Below the pieces are notes generated by a model that worked only from the letters and a program-made list of their open reading frames with translations, was not told the origin of the DNA and did not search any database. Position numbers and translations under genes: made by a program. 36,147 nt of DNA from Sulfurimonas sp. GTDB taxonomy: Bacteria > Campylobacterota > Campylobacteria > Campylobacterales > Sulfurimonadaceae. Of the stretch, positions 28,003-36,146 are shown in pieces. Within the stretch, counting starts at the first letter, position 1; every line of letters begins with the position of its first letter. The stretch spans positions 1 to 36,147 of the forward strand of contig JAQIBW010000333.1 of the NCBI GenBank assembly GCA_027858865.1, in the 5' to 3' direction.

Positions 28003-28685
28003 ACATAGCTATTGTTATACCGGTTTACAACTCTCCCTTTATAGATGAAGTAATAGAAGATGTTTTTAAATACGGCTATAAAGTGATAGTAGTTGATGAT
28101 GGGTCTGAGCAAAAAGTCACTTCAGCACATAAAGAAATAGAAATACTAAGACATGAAAAAAATATGGGAAAAGGCGAGGCTATTTTAACTGGTGCTAAAT
28201 GTGCAAAAAAATTAGGCTTTGAGGCTATTTTAACTTTTGATGGAGATAAACAGCATCTAAGTTCACAGATAGCTAAATTAATTTCCCACTATAAAGAGGG
28301 AAATATTGTTATTGGTAACCGTGACTTTAGCTCACAAACTGTACCAAATAGTTCAAAATTTGGACGTAAGTTTAGTAACTTTTGGGTCTTTTTAGAAACA
28401 TTCAAATCACTTGGTGATACACAAAGTGGTTTTAGAATTTACCCAGTAAATATTTTAGAATTAAATATGCGAAATAGAAGATTTGATTTTGAAATAGAAG
28501 TTCTTGCCTTACATTCATATAGAAAGGGTGAAATTATTGATGTTGAAGTAGAGTGTTATTATCCTCCTAAGGATGAGAGAGTTTCTCATTTTGATAAGTT
28601 TCATGATAACTGGCGTTTAACGAAGGCACATACAAAACTAATGATACAAAGATATCTGTTATTAAGAGGAATTATATGGGTGTAA
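27999..28685 (+). CDS. Glycosyltransferase family 2 (ApeJ N-terminal-like)
   Basis: IPVYN, VDDGS, NMGKG, DGD, DTQSGFRIYP and RVSHF motifs. Confidence 0.92.
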   Translation: MNIAIVIPVYNSPFIDEVIEDVFKYGYKVIVVDDGSEQKVTSAHKEIEILRHEKNMGKGEAILTGAKCAKKLGFEAILTFDGDKQHLSSQIAKLISHYKEGNIVIGNRDFSSQTVPNSSKFGRKFSNFWVFLETFKSLGDTQSGFRIYPVNILELNMRNRRFDFEIEVLALHSYRKGEIIDVEVECYYPPKDERVSHFDKFHDNWRLTKAHTKLMIQRYLLLRGIIWV

Positions 28686-29545
28686 AACAGTATGGTAATG
28701 CCTTAGGTCATAAGGTAATATTGACTATATACAAGCTGTTAGGGTATAGATTTGTATCATTTATTTTAAATTTTGTTGCACTCTATTATGTACTATTTAC
28801 ACCCTCTGTTAAACAATCACTAGAGAGTTATTACAAACACTTAGGTAAAGAGCTGAGTTATAAAGCCTATTTTAAACATATTAAACTATTTTCACTATCA
28901 ATTTTTGATAGATTTATATCAAGAAATAAAGCAGATGAGTTGTCATTTGAACGTGAAAATAGAGAAGCATTTTTAGCACTTCAAGAGGGCGGTATAGTTT
29001 TACTTTCACACATTGGTGGTTGGGCAACTGCTGGACATTCAATGAAAGCCGATATTCCACCTATGAATATTGTGATGCACGAGTCAACTAAAGGTGAAAT
29101 TAGTGAATTTGAAAAATCTAAGCAACGCCAAAATGAGACAAATGTAAAAATAATAGATTTAAACCAAGGTGCTATAGCTGCAAATATTCAGATTGCCAAT
29201 GCCCTTATGAATAAAGAAGTTGTCGCTATGATGGCAGACAGAGTAACAGACCCTAGAAAAGTAGTCTTAGTTGATTTTTTAGGCTCAAAGGTAGAAATAA
29301 ATAAAAACCCATTTGATATAGCACATAGATTTAACAAACCACTTGTAGCTACATTTGTAGTTTTAACTAAAGAGAAGCATTATAAGTTAATATTTGAAAA
29401 TATTAGTATAAATGAAAAGTCATTAGAAGAAATAGCACAAGAATATATGAATATTCTTACAAAAATCATAAAAATTTATCCTAATCAATGGTATAATTTT
29501 TACGATTTTTTTAATCCGAGGACAATAAATGTTAATAAACAATAG
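28676..29545 (+). CDS. LpxL-family (lipid A-type) acyltransferase (ApeJ C-terminal-like)
   Basis: LLSHIGGW, MMADR, VDFLG and YPNQWYNFYDFF motifs. Confidence 0.8.
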   Translation: MGVKQYGNALGHKVILTIYKLLGYRFVSFILNFVALYYVLFTPSVKQSLESYYKHLGKELSYKAYFKHIKLFSLSIFDRFISRNKADELSFERENREAFLALQEGGIVLLSHIGGWATAGHSMKADIPPMNIVMHESTKGEISEFEKSKQRQNETNVKIIDLNQGAIAANIQIANALMNKEVVAMMADRVTDPRKVVLVDFLGSKVEINKNPFDIAHRFNKPLVATFVVLTKEKHYKLIFENISINEKSLEEIAQEYMNILTKIIKIYPNQWYNFYDFFNPRTINVNKQ

Positions 29546-31043
29546 AGTGATTTCATACAAAAATTTCTTACACGATAGTAGTGTAAAACTAGACGATAGC
29601 AAAGAGTTTATAGATTTTATCAATGCAGGACACGATTTTCTTATTGAAAACATCTCTGCAGGACGTCCGATTTATGGTGTAACTACAGGCTATGGGGAAG
29701 CTGGTCAAAATTATGCAGCATTTGAAGAAGCACAAGAACTTCAAAAAAACCTTTACAGTTTTCATGGTTGTGGTGTTGGTACTTACCTAAGTGAAGAGGT
29801 TTCACGTATCATGGTGACCATTCGTATGATAAGTCTCTCTAAGGGTAAAAGTGGAATTAGTTATGACTTACTCAAACGTTTTGAGATTCTTCTTCAAAGA
29901 AAAATCTATCCAGTGATTCCTTCTCAAGGTTCAGTTGGAGCTAGTGGTGACTTAACACCCTTATCATATATCGCAGCTGTAATCGCTGGTGATAGAGAGT
30001 GTTATTACGAAGGTAAAATGAGAGATACTGCTGAGCTTTACAAAGAGTTAGGTATTGAGCCTTATGTATTTAAGCCAAAAGAAGCACTTGGTATCATGAA
30101 TGGTACTGCTGCAATGAGTGCTATCGCTATAGATGCTATAGAAAAATTTGAGATTATTTTAGGCACTATGGAGTCTTTTGTTGCTTCTGTGTTTGAGCTT
30201 CTTTTAGGTGACATAACACCACTAGAGCCTTTTGTACACGATAGTAAACCTTTTGATGGACAGCGTACAACTGCTGCAAATATTTTAGCAAAATGTACTG
30301 GTTCAAAACTGACTCATGAAGCATTTGGTCGTTACGATCAGTTTCACCTTGAAGCAGAACAAAATATTCAAGACCGTTATTCTATTCGTTGTTCTCCACA
30401 AGTCTTAGGTGTAGTACATGACAACCTTACTTTAGCAAAAAAATGGATTGAGACTGAGATTAATGGGGTAAACGATAATCCACTAATTGATCACATTGGT
30501 AGAAAGATTTATACATCTGGAAACTTTTATGGTGGGTATGTCTGTCATGCTATGGATACTATGCGTATCTGTGTTGGTAATGTTGCAGATTTACTTGACA
30601 AAGAGTTTGGACTTTTAGTTGACCATAAATTTAACAAAGGTTTAGGTGAGTCTCTTAAACTAAACAAAAAATCAACACATCACGGTTTTAAAGCTATGCA
30701 GATTACACTTAGCTCATTAACTGCAGATGTTATTATGAATACAGTTCCAGCATCTCTCCATTCACGTCCTACTGAATCTTTTAACCAAGACAAAGTAAGT
30801 ATGGGGACAACGGCTGCACTTCATTTTGCTAAACAGTTACCTGATTTAACAAATATGCTAAGTATTGGTATTATCGGTATGGCTCAGGCTGTTGATATAC
30901 GTGGAAAATCTGAGTGTTCAGAATTTTTACAAAAAAATTATGACAAAGTTCGTGCAGAAGTTGATGCTTTAGAGTTTGACAGACGTATGGATATAGATAT
31001 TAAAGTAGTTTACAAAATGATTCTTGCAGGTGATTTTGTATGA
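29529..31043 (+). CDS. MIO-dependent aromatic amino acid ammonia-lyase (HAL/PAL/TAL family)
   Basis: IYGVTTGYG, GSVGASGDL (ASG MIO precursor, residues 138-140), KEALGIMNGT, QDRYSIRC, NDNP, GNFYG, NQDKVSMG. Confidence 0.95.
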   Translation: MLINNRVISYKNFLHDSSVKLDDSKEFIDFINAGHDFLIENISAGRPIYGVTTGYGEAGQNYAAFEEAQELQKNLYSFHGCGVGTYLSEEVSRIMVTIRMISLSKGKSGISYDLLKRFEILLQRKIYPVIPSQGSVGASGDLTPLSYIAAVIAGDRECYYEGKMRDTAELYKELGIEPYVFKPKEALGIMNGTAAMSAIAIDAIEKFEIILGTMESFVASVFELLLGDITPLEPFVHDSKPFDGQRTTAANILAKCTGSKLTHEAFGRYDQFHLEAEQNIQDRYSIRCSPQVLGVVHDNLTLAKKWIETEINGVNDNPLIDHIGRKIYTSGNFYGGYVCHAMDTMRICVGNVADLLDKEFGLLVDHKFNKGLGESLKLNKKSTHHGFKAMQITLSSLTADVIMNTVPASLHSRPTESFNQDKVSMGTTAALHFAKQLPDLTNMLSIGIIGMAQAVDIRGKSECSEFLQKNYDKVRAEVDALEFDRRMDIDIKVVYKMILAGDFV

Positions 31044-31738
31044 GTCTAAAAAAAGTTTTAGTAACTGGTGCGACTGGTGCTATAGGTGAAGCTTGTGCTA
31101 GATATTTTCATGATAATGGATACTTTGTATACCTAAACTATAGAAGTAATGAAACAAAAGCGAATGAAATTCATGCAGAGTTAGAGAACTCTGAAACTCT
31201 TTACTTTGACATCACTAAAAAAGATGAAGTAGCTTCAGCTGTAGAAAAATTAAATCTTGATGTACTTGTAAATAATGCTGGTATCACGAAAGATAATCTT
31301 TTCTTTTGGATGAAAGATGAAGAGTGGAGTGATGTAATAGACACTTCAGTAAATGGCACTTATTATGTAACAAAAGCGGTTCTTAAAAATATGATTGCAA
31401 ACAAAAAAGGTGCAATTGTAAATGTTGCTTCTGTTTCGGGTCTTGTTGGAAATGCAGGACAAACAAACTACTCAGCAGCAAAAGGTGCAATGATAGCGTT
31501 TACTAAAGCACTATCAGCAGAAGTTGCTCGTTATAAGATTCGTGTAAACGCAGTAGCACCTGGACTAATAGAGTCTGAAATGACAAAAGATTTACCTCTT
31601 AAAGAGATGAAAAAAGGTATTCCTCTTCGTCGTGTTGGTGTTGCAAACGATGTAGCTGAGTGTGTCTTTTTCTTAGGTGATAAAGCATCTTATGTTACAG
31701 GCGATGTTATGAACATCAGTGGTGGAATGGTTCGATGA
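31040..31738 (+). CDS. fabG: 3-oxoacyl-ACP reductase (ApeQ-like)
   Basis: TGATGAIG, NNAGI, NVASVSG, GQTNYSAAK (YxxxK), VAPGLIE. Confidence 0.92.
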   Translation: MSLKKVLVTGATGAIGEACARYFHDNGYFVYLNYRSNETKANEIHAELENSETLYFDITKKDEVASAVEKLNLDVLVNNAGITKDNLFFWMKDEEWSDVIDTSVNGTYYVTKAVLKNMIANKKGAIVNVASVSGLVGNAGQTNYSAAKGAMIAFTKALSAEVARYKIRVNAVAPGLIESEMTKDLPLKEMKKGIPLRRVGVANDVAECVFFLGDKASYVTGDVMNISGGMVR

Positions 31739-33063
31739 ATATAGCGATAATAGGAGGAGGACTCAGTGGACTTTTATGTGCACTTATGCTCCAACGCAGA
31801 GGATATTCTCCTACTATTTATGAAAGACTTACTAAATTAGGTGGTGTTTTAGACTCTTTTAAAAGAAAAAAAATACTTTTTGACATAGGCTTTCACTATT
31901 CTGGTGCTTTAGCAAAAGATCAATACCTTTACAACTCTATGAATGAGTTAAACTTACTAGATAAGTTAAAATTAGAAAAGTACGAAGCTGCATTTGACAC
32001 TCTGCACATAGATAATGAAACTTTTGAAGTTCCTCAAAGTTCAGTAAAATTTAAAGAACAACTTCAAAAGAGATTTTCTCTTGAGTCAGCAGCTATAGAA
32101 ACTTTTTTTGAGAAGTGTTATGAATCTTCTACTATTAGCTCAAAACCAGAAGATTTTGTAAAAGTAGATTCTCGTAGTTTAAAAGATGTAATGAAAGATA
32201 TAAAGGATGAAAAACTAAGAAAGGTTTTTCTTCATTTTACTATCTTTTATGCGACAGCTTTTTATGAAGATGCTTCTTTTGATTTTTATGCAAAAATCTT
32301 TATAAATATGCTTGATGGAACAAGAAAAATCGAAGGTGGTGGGGGAGCAATAATCTCAGCACTTAAAGATTCTCTCACAAGAACTACAATCAAAAAACGT
32401 AGTGAAGTTACAAAGATTTTTAAAGATGAGAATGGAATAAATGCACTTCTTTGTAAGGGTGAAAAAATCTCTTATGATGCCATCATCTCTACAGCTCATC
32501 CAAAAACAACACTTAAAATGTTTGAAGAGTTAGATAAAAAACAGACTAGATATAAGAGTCATGTTGATGACCTTGAAGAATCACCCTCTTTTTTCTCTAT
32601 ATTTTGTCTCATAGATGCAGAGATCAAATCAAACCTTTACTTTTACGAAGATGAGTTTATATCTGTTTTACCATCACGTATGCATGAAGGCAAAACAGTA
32701 GCTACAATTCTCGCAGGAAGTTACTATAGTGAGTATGAAAATCTTTCTAAAGATGCATACAAAAAGAAAAAAGAAAAAGAGTGTCAACATCATTTAAATA
32801 GAGTCAAAGAGTTATATGATTTTGGCGAGATTGAAGTTGTTGATAGCTCTACACCTTTGACAAAACAGCACTATTCTAATGGTAGTGAGGGGAGTATTTA
32901 CGGTGTTTTATGTTCGGCTAAGCAGAAAAGTCTGTCTGTTTTAATGCCAAGAACAAGAGTGAAAAATCTATATTTTGCAGGTGAAAATATTATTGCACCT
33001 GGTTTGATTGGTGCTTTTTTAGGTGCTGAAATATTAATGAATTATTTTGAGGATAACAAATGA
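31735..33063 (+). CDS. CrtI/RetSat-family FAD oxidoreductase 2 (shorter, divergent)
   Basis: GGGLSG, ER...LGG...FDIGFHYSG, GGGG, ISTAHP, STPLT...GSIYG, NLYFAGE...PGLIG. Confidence 0.85.
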   Translation: MNIAIIGGGLSGLLCALMLQRRGYSPTIYERLTKLGGVLDSFKRKKILFDIGFHYSGALAKDQYLYNSMNELNLLDKLKLEKYEAAFDTLHIDNETFEVPQSSVKFKEQLQKRFSLESAAIETFFEKCYESSTISSKPEDFVKVDSRSLKDVMKDIKDEKLRKVFLHFTIFYATAFYEDASFDFYAKIFINMLDGTRKIEGGGGAIISALKDSLTRTTIKKRSEVTKIFKDENGINALLCKGEKISYDAIISTAHPKTTLKMFEELDKKQTRYKSHVDDLEESPSFFSIFCLIDAEIKSNLYFYEDEFISVLPSRMHEGKTVATILAGSYYSEYENLSKDAYKKKKEKECQHHLNRVKELYDFGEIEVVDSSTPLTKQHYSNGSEGSIYGVLCSAKQKSLSVLMPRTRVKNLYFAGENIIAPGLIGAFLGAEILMNYFEDNK

Positions 33064-34286
33064 GAAGAGTAGTAATTACTGGTGTCGGATTAAACTCACC
33101 GCTTGGAAATTCGTATGATGAACTTTATGAGAGTCTAAAAGCAGAAAAATGTGGAATAGAATATGTCCCTGAATGGGAAATCATTAAAGACTTAGGTACG
33201 AAAGTAGCCGGTCGTGTTAAAAATGTAGACCTAAAAGCTATTCCAAGAAAATTTCGTCGTTCTATGGGTAGAGTTGCACAACTTGCGGCTGTATCTACTG
33301 GTGAAGCTATAGCTGATGCCAACCTAACTCAAGATATGCTTAGTTCTAAACGATGTGGTCTTGCGTTTGGCTCAACAATGGGTGGAAACGAAACAATGTT
33401 TGAGTATATGCCAGAAGTACAAGCGAAAATGAGCTTTCGTGGTCAAAACTCAATGGCATTTTTAAAAATGATGAGTCATACAGTTGCAGCAAACCTTGCA
33501 CAAATGTTTGAAATTAAAGGTCGTAATATTCCAACTTGTTCAGCATGTACCTCTTCTTCTCAAGGTGTTGGTGCTGGTTACGAGAGTATAAAGTATGGTA
33601 TGAGTGATATTATGGTTTGTGGTGGTGCTGAAGAGCATCATTATCTCTCTGCTGGTGTTTTTGATGTTATGGCTGCTGCTTCAACAAAACATGCAGATGA
33701 GCCACATCTTTCATCAAAACCTTTTGATGCATCACGTGATGGTCTTGTTGTAAGTGAAGGAAGTGGTGCACTTATTCTTGAAGAACTTGAACATGCTATT
33801 GCTCGTGGAGCGAAAATTTACGGTGAGATTATAGGTTATGGAACAAGTTGTGATGGTTCACACATTACTACTCCGTCAAAAGAGGGAATGCAACAGGTTA
33901 TGGAAACATCTTTAGAAGATGCAAATTTAAAACCATCAGATATTGAGTACATTAATGCTCATGCAACTGCAACAGCTAGGGGTGATATTGCAGAGTCACA
34001 TGCAACACACTCTCTTTTTGGTTCACAGACTCCAGTGAGTAGTACAAAAGGACACATGGGTCATCTTTTGGGTGGTTGTGGTGTTGTTGAGTCAGCTATT
34101 TGTCTTATTGCCCTCAACAAATCTTTACTACCAAAAACAATGAATTTTGAAACCTTAGATAAAGAGTGTGCTCCTATTAATGTTTTAAGCAAAAATGTCC
34201 AAAAAGATGTAAATATTGTTATGAGCAATAACTTCGCATTTGGCGGTATCAATACATCATTAATATTTAAGAAGTATCAAGCATAA
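33060..34286 (+). CDS. Beta-ketoacyl-ACP synthase, FabF/ApeR-like
   Basis: RRVVITG, RSMGRV, SACTSS, GGAEE, NAHATAT..GD..E, GHLLG, NNFAFGGIN. Confidence 0.93.
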   Translation: MRRVVITGVGLNSPLGNSYDELYESLKAEKCGIEYVPEWEIIKDLGTKVAGRVKNVDLKAIPRKFRRSMGRVAQLAAVSTGEAIADANLTQDMLSSKRCGLAFGSTMGGNETMFEYMPEVQAKMSFRGQNSMAFLKMMSHTVAANLAQMFEIKGRNIPTCSACTSSSQGVGAGYESIKYGMSDIMVCGGAEEHHYLSAGVFDVMAAASTKHADEPHLSSKPFDASRDGLVVSEGSGALILEELEHAIARGAKIYGEIIGYGTSCDGSHITTPSKEGMQQVMETSLEDANLKPSDIEYINAHATATARGDIAESHATHSLFGSQTPVSSTKGHMGHLLGGCGVVESAICLIALNKSLLPKTMNFETLDKECAPINVLSKNVQKDVNIVMSNNFAFGGINTSLIFKKYQA

Positions 34287-35713
34287 TGCTGGGCGATATT
34301 GTCTTTATAAACCCTCCCTATGAGCAAGTTGCTAAGGGTACTGATTATCTTAAACATATTACCAATAGATCACCATCTATTGGATTGTTGCTACTCGCTT
34401 CAAAAGCAAGAGAAATAGGCTATACTCCAGAGATAATAGAGAGTGATTTAGAAGGACTATCCCCAGAGGTTGTAGCACAAAGAGTGCTTGACAAAAACCC
34501 GAAATTTGTAGGGATTACACTTTTTACAGTAGGTGTTTTTAATGCCTCAATCATATCTAAAATTATAAAAGAAAAAAATCCTGATATTTTTATATTAGTT
34601 GGTGGACCACATATTTCTTCTATGGGTTATGAGACAATGCAACGTTTTCCTGAGTTTGATGTTTCTGTGATTCATGAAGGTGAGTTGATTTTAGAAAACT
34701 TACTTAGAAGTATTGAGAATGGTGACTCTTTAGAAGGGGTAAATGGTATTATGTATAGAGATGCTGATGGCTCTATTCGTAAAACTCTTCCACCACCAAA
34801 CATAGATGATTTAGATTCCCTTCCTATTCCAGCATGGGATTTATTACCAAATTTTCCACATGGATATTTACCTGCAATTTATGATTATCCTCGTGCTCCA
34901 GTGGCTACATACTCAGCTTCAAGAGGCTGTCCTTTTCTTTGTGAATTTTGTGATACTTCTACATTTGGCGGAAAGATACGCTATAACTCTCCTCAACACG
35001 TACACAATGTTATGAGACACTTAAGTGAAAAGTATGGCGTGAAGCACTTACAGTTTGTAGATGACCTTTTTGTAGCTCATAATGCTAGAGTTGTTGAGTT
35101 TAGTAAACTTCTTATCAAAGATAAGATAGATATGACTTGGAGCTGTACAGCTAGGGTAAATACGGTTAAACCAGAGACCTTAGTTCTTATGAAAGAAGCA
35201 GGTTGTTGGGAGATTAGTTTTGGACTTGAAAGTGGTTCAGACTGGTTACTAGATGAAATGAAAAAATCACAAAGAGTCGATACAGCAGAACAAGCTGTAA
35301 AATGGACTCATGAAGCGGGGATAAGAGTAAAGGGTCTATTTATGCTAGGTTATCCTGGTGAAACGCAAGAGAGTATTGCTATGACAAAAGAATTCATTCA
35401 ACGTGTTCCTATGACTACAATGAATCTTTCTAAGTTTACACCATATCCTGGCTCTCCAATTTATAAAAAACTCTATGGCACTTCTATGAGAGAAGAGGAT
35501 TGGGATAGACTTAATGGAATGAACTTTGTATACCAAGCAGAAGGCTTTAGTGAACAGCAACTAAATACTCAATATCAAGAGATTATTAAGTCTTTTTACA
35601 AACGTCCAAAGATATTATGGTATTACACTATAATGTCTTTAGCAAACTTAACACATCTTAAAAGGTTAGCTATGTTTTTTTTAGGTTTCTTAGGCTCTAA
35701 AATTAAAATATGA
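34286..35713 (+). CDS. Cobalamin-binding radical SAM enzyme (class B methyltransferase/BchE-like)
   Basis: N-terminal B12-binding domain (PSIGL, VGGPH, HEGE); SRGCPFLCEFC gives CxxxCxxC at C215/C219/C222; VDDLF, GLESGS, FMLGYPGET, TPYPGS. Confidence 0.92.
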   Translation: MLGDIVFINPPYEQVAKGTDYLKHITNRSPSIGLLLLASKAREIGYTPEIIESDLEGLSPEVVAQRVLDKNPKFVGITLFTVGVFNASIISKIIKEKNPDIFILVGGPHISSMGYETMQRFPEFDVSVIHEGELILENLLRSIENGDSLEGVNGIMYRDADGSIRKTLPPPNIDDLDSLPIPAWDLLPNFPHGYLPAIYDYPRAPVATYSASRGCPFLCEFCDTSTFGGKIRYNSPQHVHNVMRHLSEKYGVKHLQFVDDLFVAHNARVVEFSKLLIKDKIDMTWSCTARVNTVKPETLVLMKEAGCWEISFGLESGSDWLLDEMKKSQRVDTAEQAVKWTHEAGIRVKGLFMLGYPGETQESIAMTKEFIQRVPMTTMNLSKFTPYPGSPIYKKLYGTSMREEDWDRLNGMNFVYQAEGFSEQQLNTQYQEIIKSFYKRPKILWYYTIMSLANLTHLKRLAMFFLGFLGSKIKI

Positions 35714-35789
35714 GCATATATTTCAAGATAAAATATGAGATAATAGATTATAATACTCACAATAATTATTAAAAAACAAAGGAAATATT

Positions 35790-36014
35790 TTGGCAACACA
35801 AAAAGAAGTATATAGTAAAATTAAGAGTGTACTAATGGATGAGTTTGAAGTAGAAGAAGATTCAATTTCAATGGAAGCAAACTTATTTACAGACTTAGAA
35901 CTTGATAGTTTAGATGCGATAGATTTAATGGTTACATTAGACAAAGAACTTGCCACTATTGAAAATTGCAGTCGATACAGTCTCATTGTTAATAGTATTT
36001 TGGTTGTCATTTAA
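35790..36014 (+). pseudogene. Acyl carrier protein 3 (ApeF-like), with a disrupted or replaced C-terminus
   Basis: TTG start after AAGGA. LMDEFEV...ANLFTDLELDSLDAIDLMVTLDKEL is ACP-like up to ~35951. The tail ATIENCSRYSLIVNSILVVI lacks the acidic helix III/IV (T-V-x-D) pattern. Confidence 0.65.
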
Positions 36015-36146
36015 ATATTTGTGATAACTATCAATATTTAATATCTCTACTTCTACATCTCTCTTCTCTAGTTCTAAAGATTCTTTTAGTTCATAAGGAA
36101 GTGATTATATATTTTTGATAGCTACAGCTTTATCTAAAGCATAGTT
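35937..36146 (-). pseudogene. Fragment of an unrelated minus-strand reading frame with an internal stop
   Basis: Manual translation: NYALDKAVAIKNI*SLPYELKESLELEKRDVEVEILNIDSYHKYLNDNQNTINNETVSTAIFNSGKFFV*; TAA at 36107-36105 and a final TAA at 35939-35937 inside the ACP. Confidence 0.4.

Larger units (their letters stand above)
9215..36014. other. Aryl polyene-dialkylresorcinol (flexirubin-like) biosynthetic gene cluster
   Basis: Co-located darA/darB and APE-type KS/CLF, ACPs, ligase, dehydratases, ketoreductase, ammonia-lyase, GT2, acyltransferase and MMPL/LolA; tight or overlapping gene spacing from 12774 to 35713. Confidence 0.9.

Noticed and set aside
29529-31043. Annotation as catabolic hutH
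   Set aside because: No hutU, hutI or hutG nearby; it overlaps biosynthetic genes and the switch residues are FH rather than SH
26118-33063. Carotenoid biosynthesis suggested by the CrtI-like genes
   Set aside because: No phytoene synthase, GGPP synthase or cyclase in the window; the context is ACP-dependent
9215-34286. Primary fatty-acid synthesis operon
   Set aside because: No fabD, acc, plsX or enoyl reductase; CLFs, darAB and exporters point to specialised metabolism
1511-35560. Many short antisense or overlapping ORFs in the track (e.g. 1511-1795, 2113-2322, 2317-2574, 5449-5778, 7046-7327, 12033-12368, 13004-13201, 13988-14218, 25676-26059, 27837-28112, 33125-33322, 35345-35560)
   Set aside because: They lie on or opposite well-supported genes, have no recognisable motifs and look like shadow ORFs
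35704-35739. TAAAATATGAG direct repeat (35704-35714 and 35729-35739)
   Set aside because: Only two AT-rich copies, with no array and no associated mobile element; not enough to call a target-site duplication or operator
35723-36010. 95-aa minus-strand ORF
   Set aside because: It is the antisense shadow of the ACP, Ser/Ile-rich with no motif
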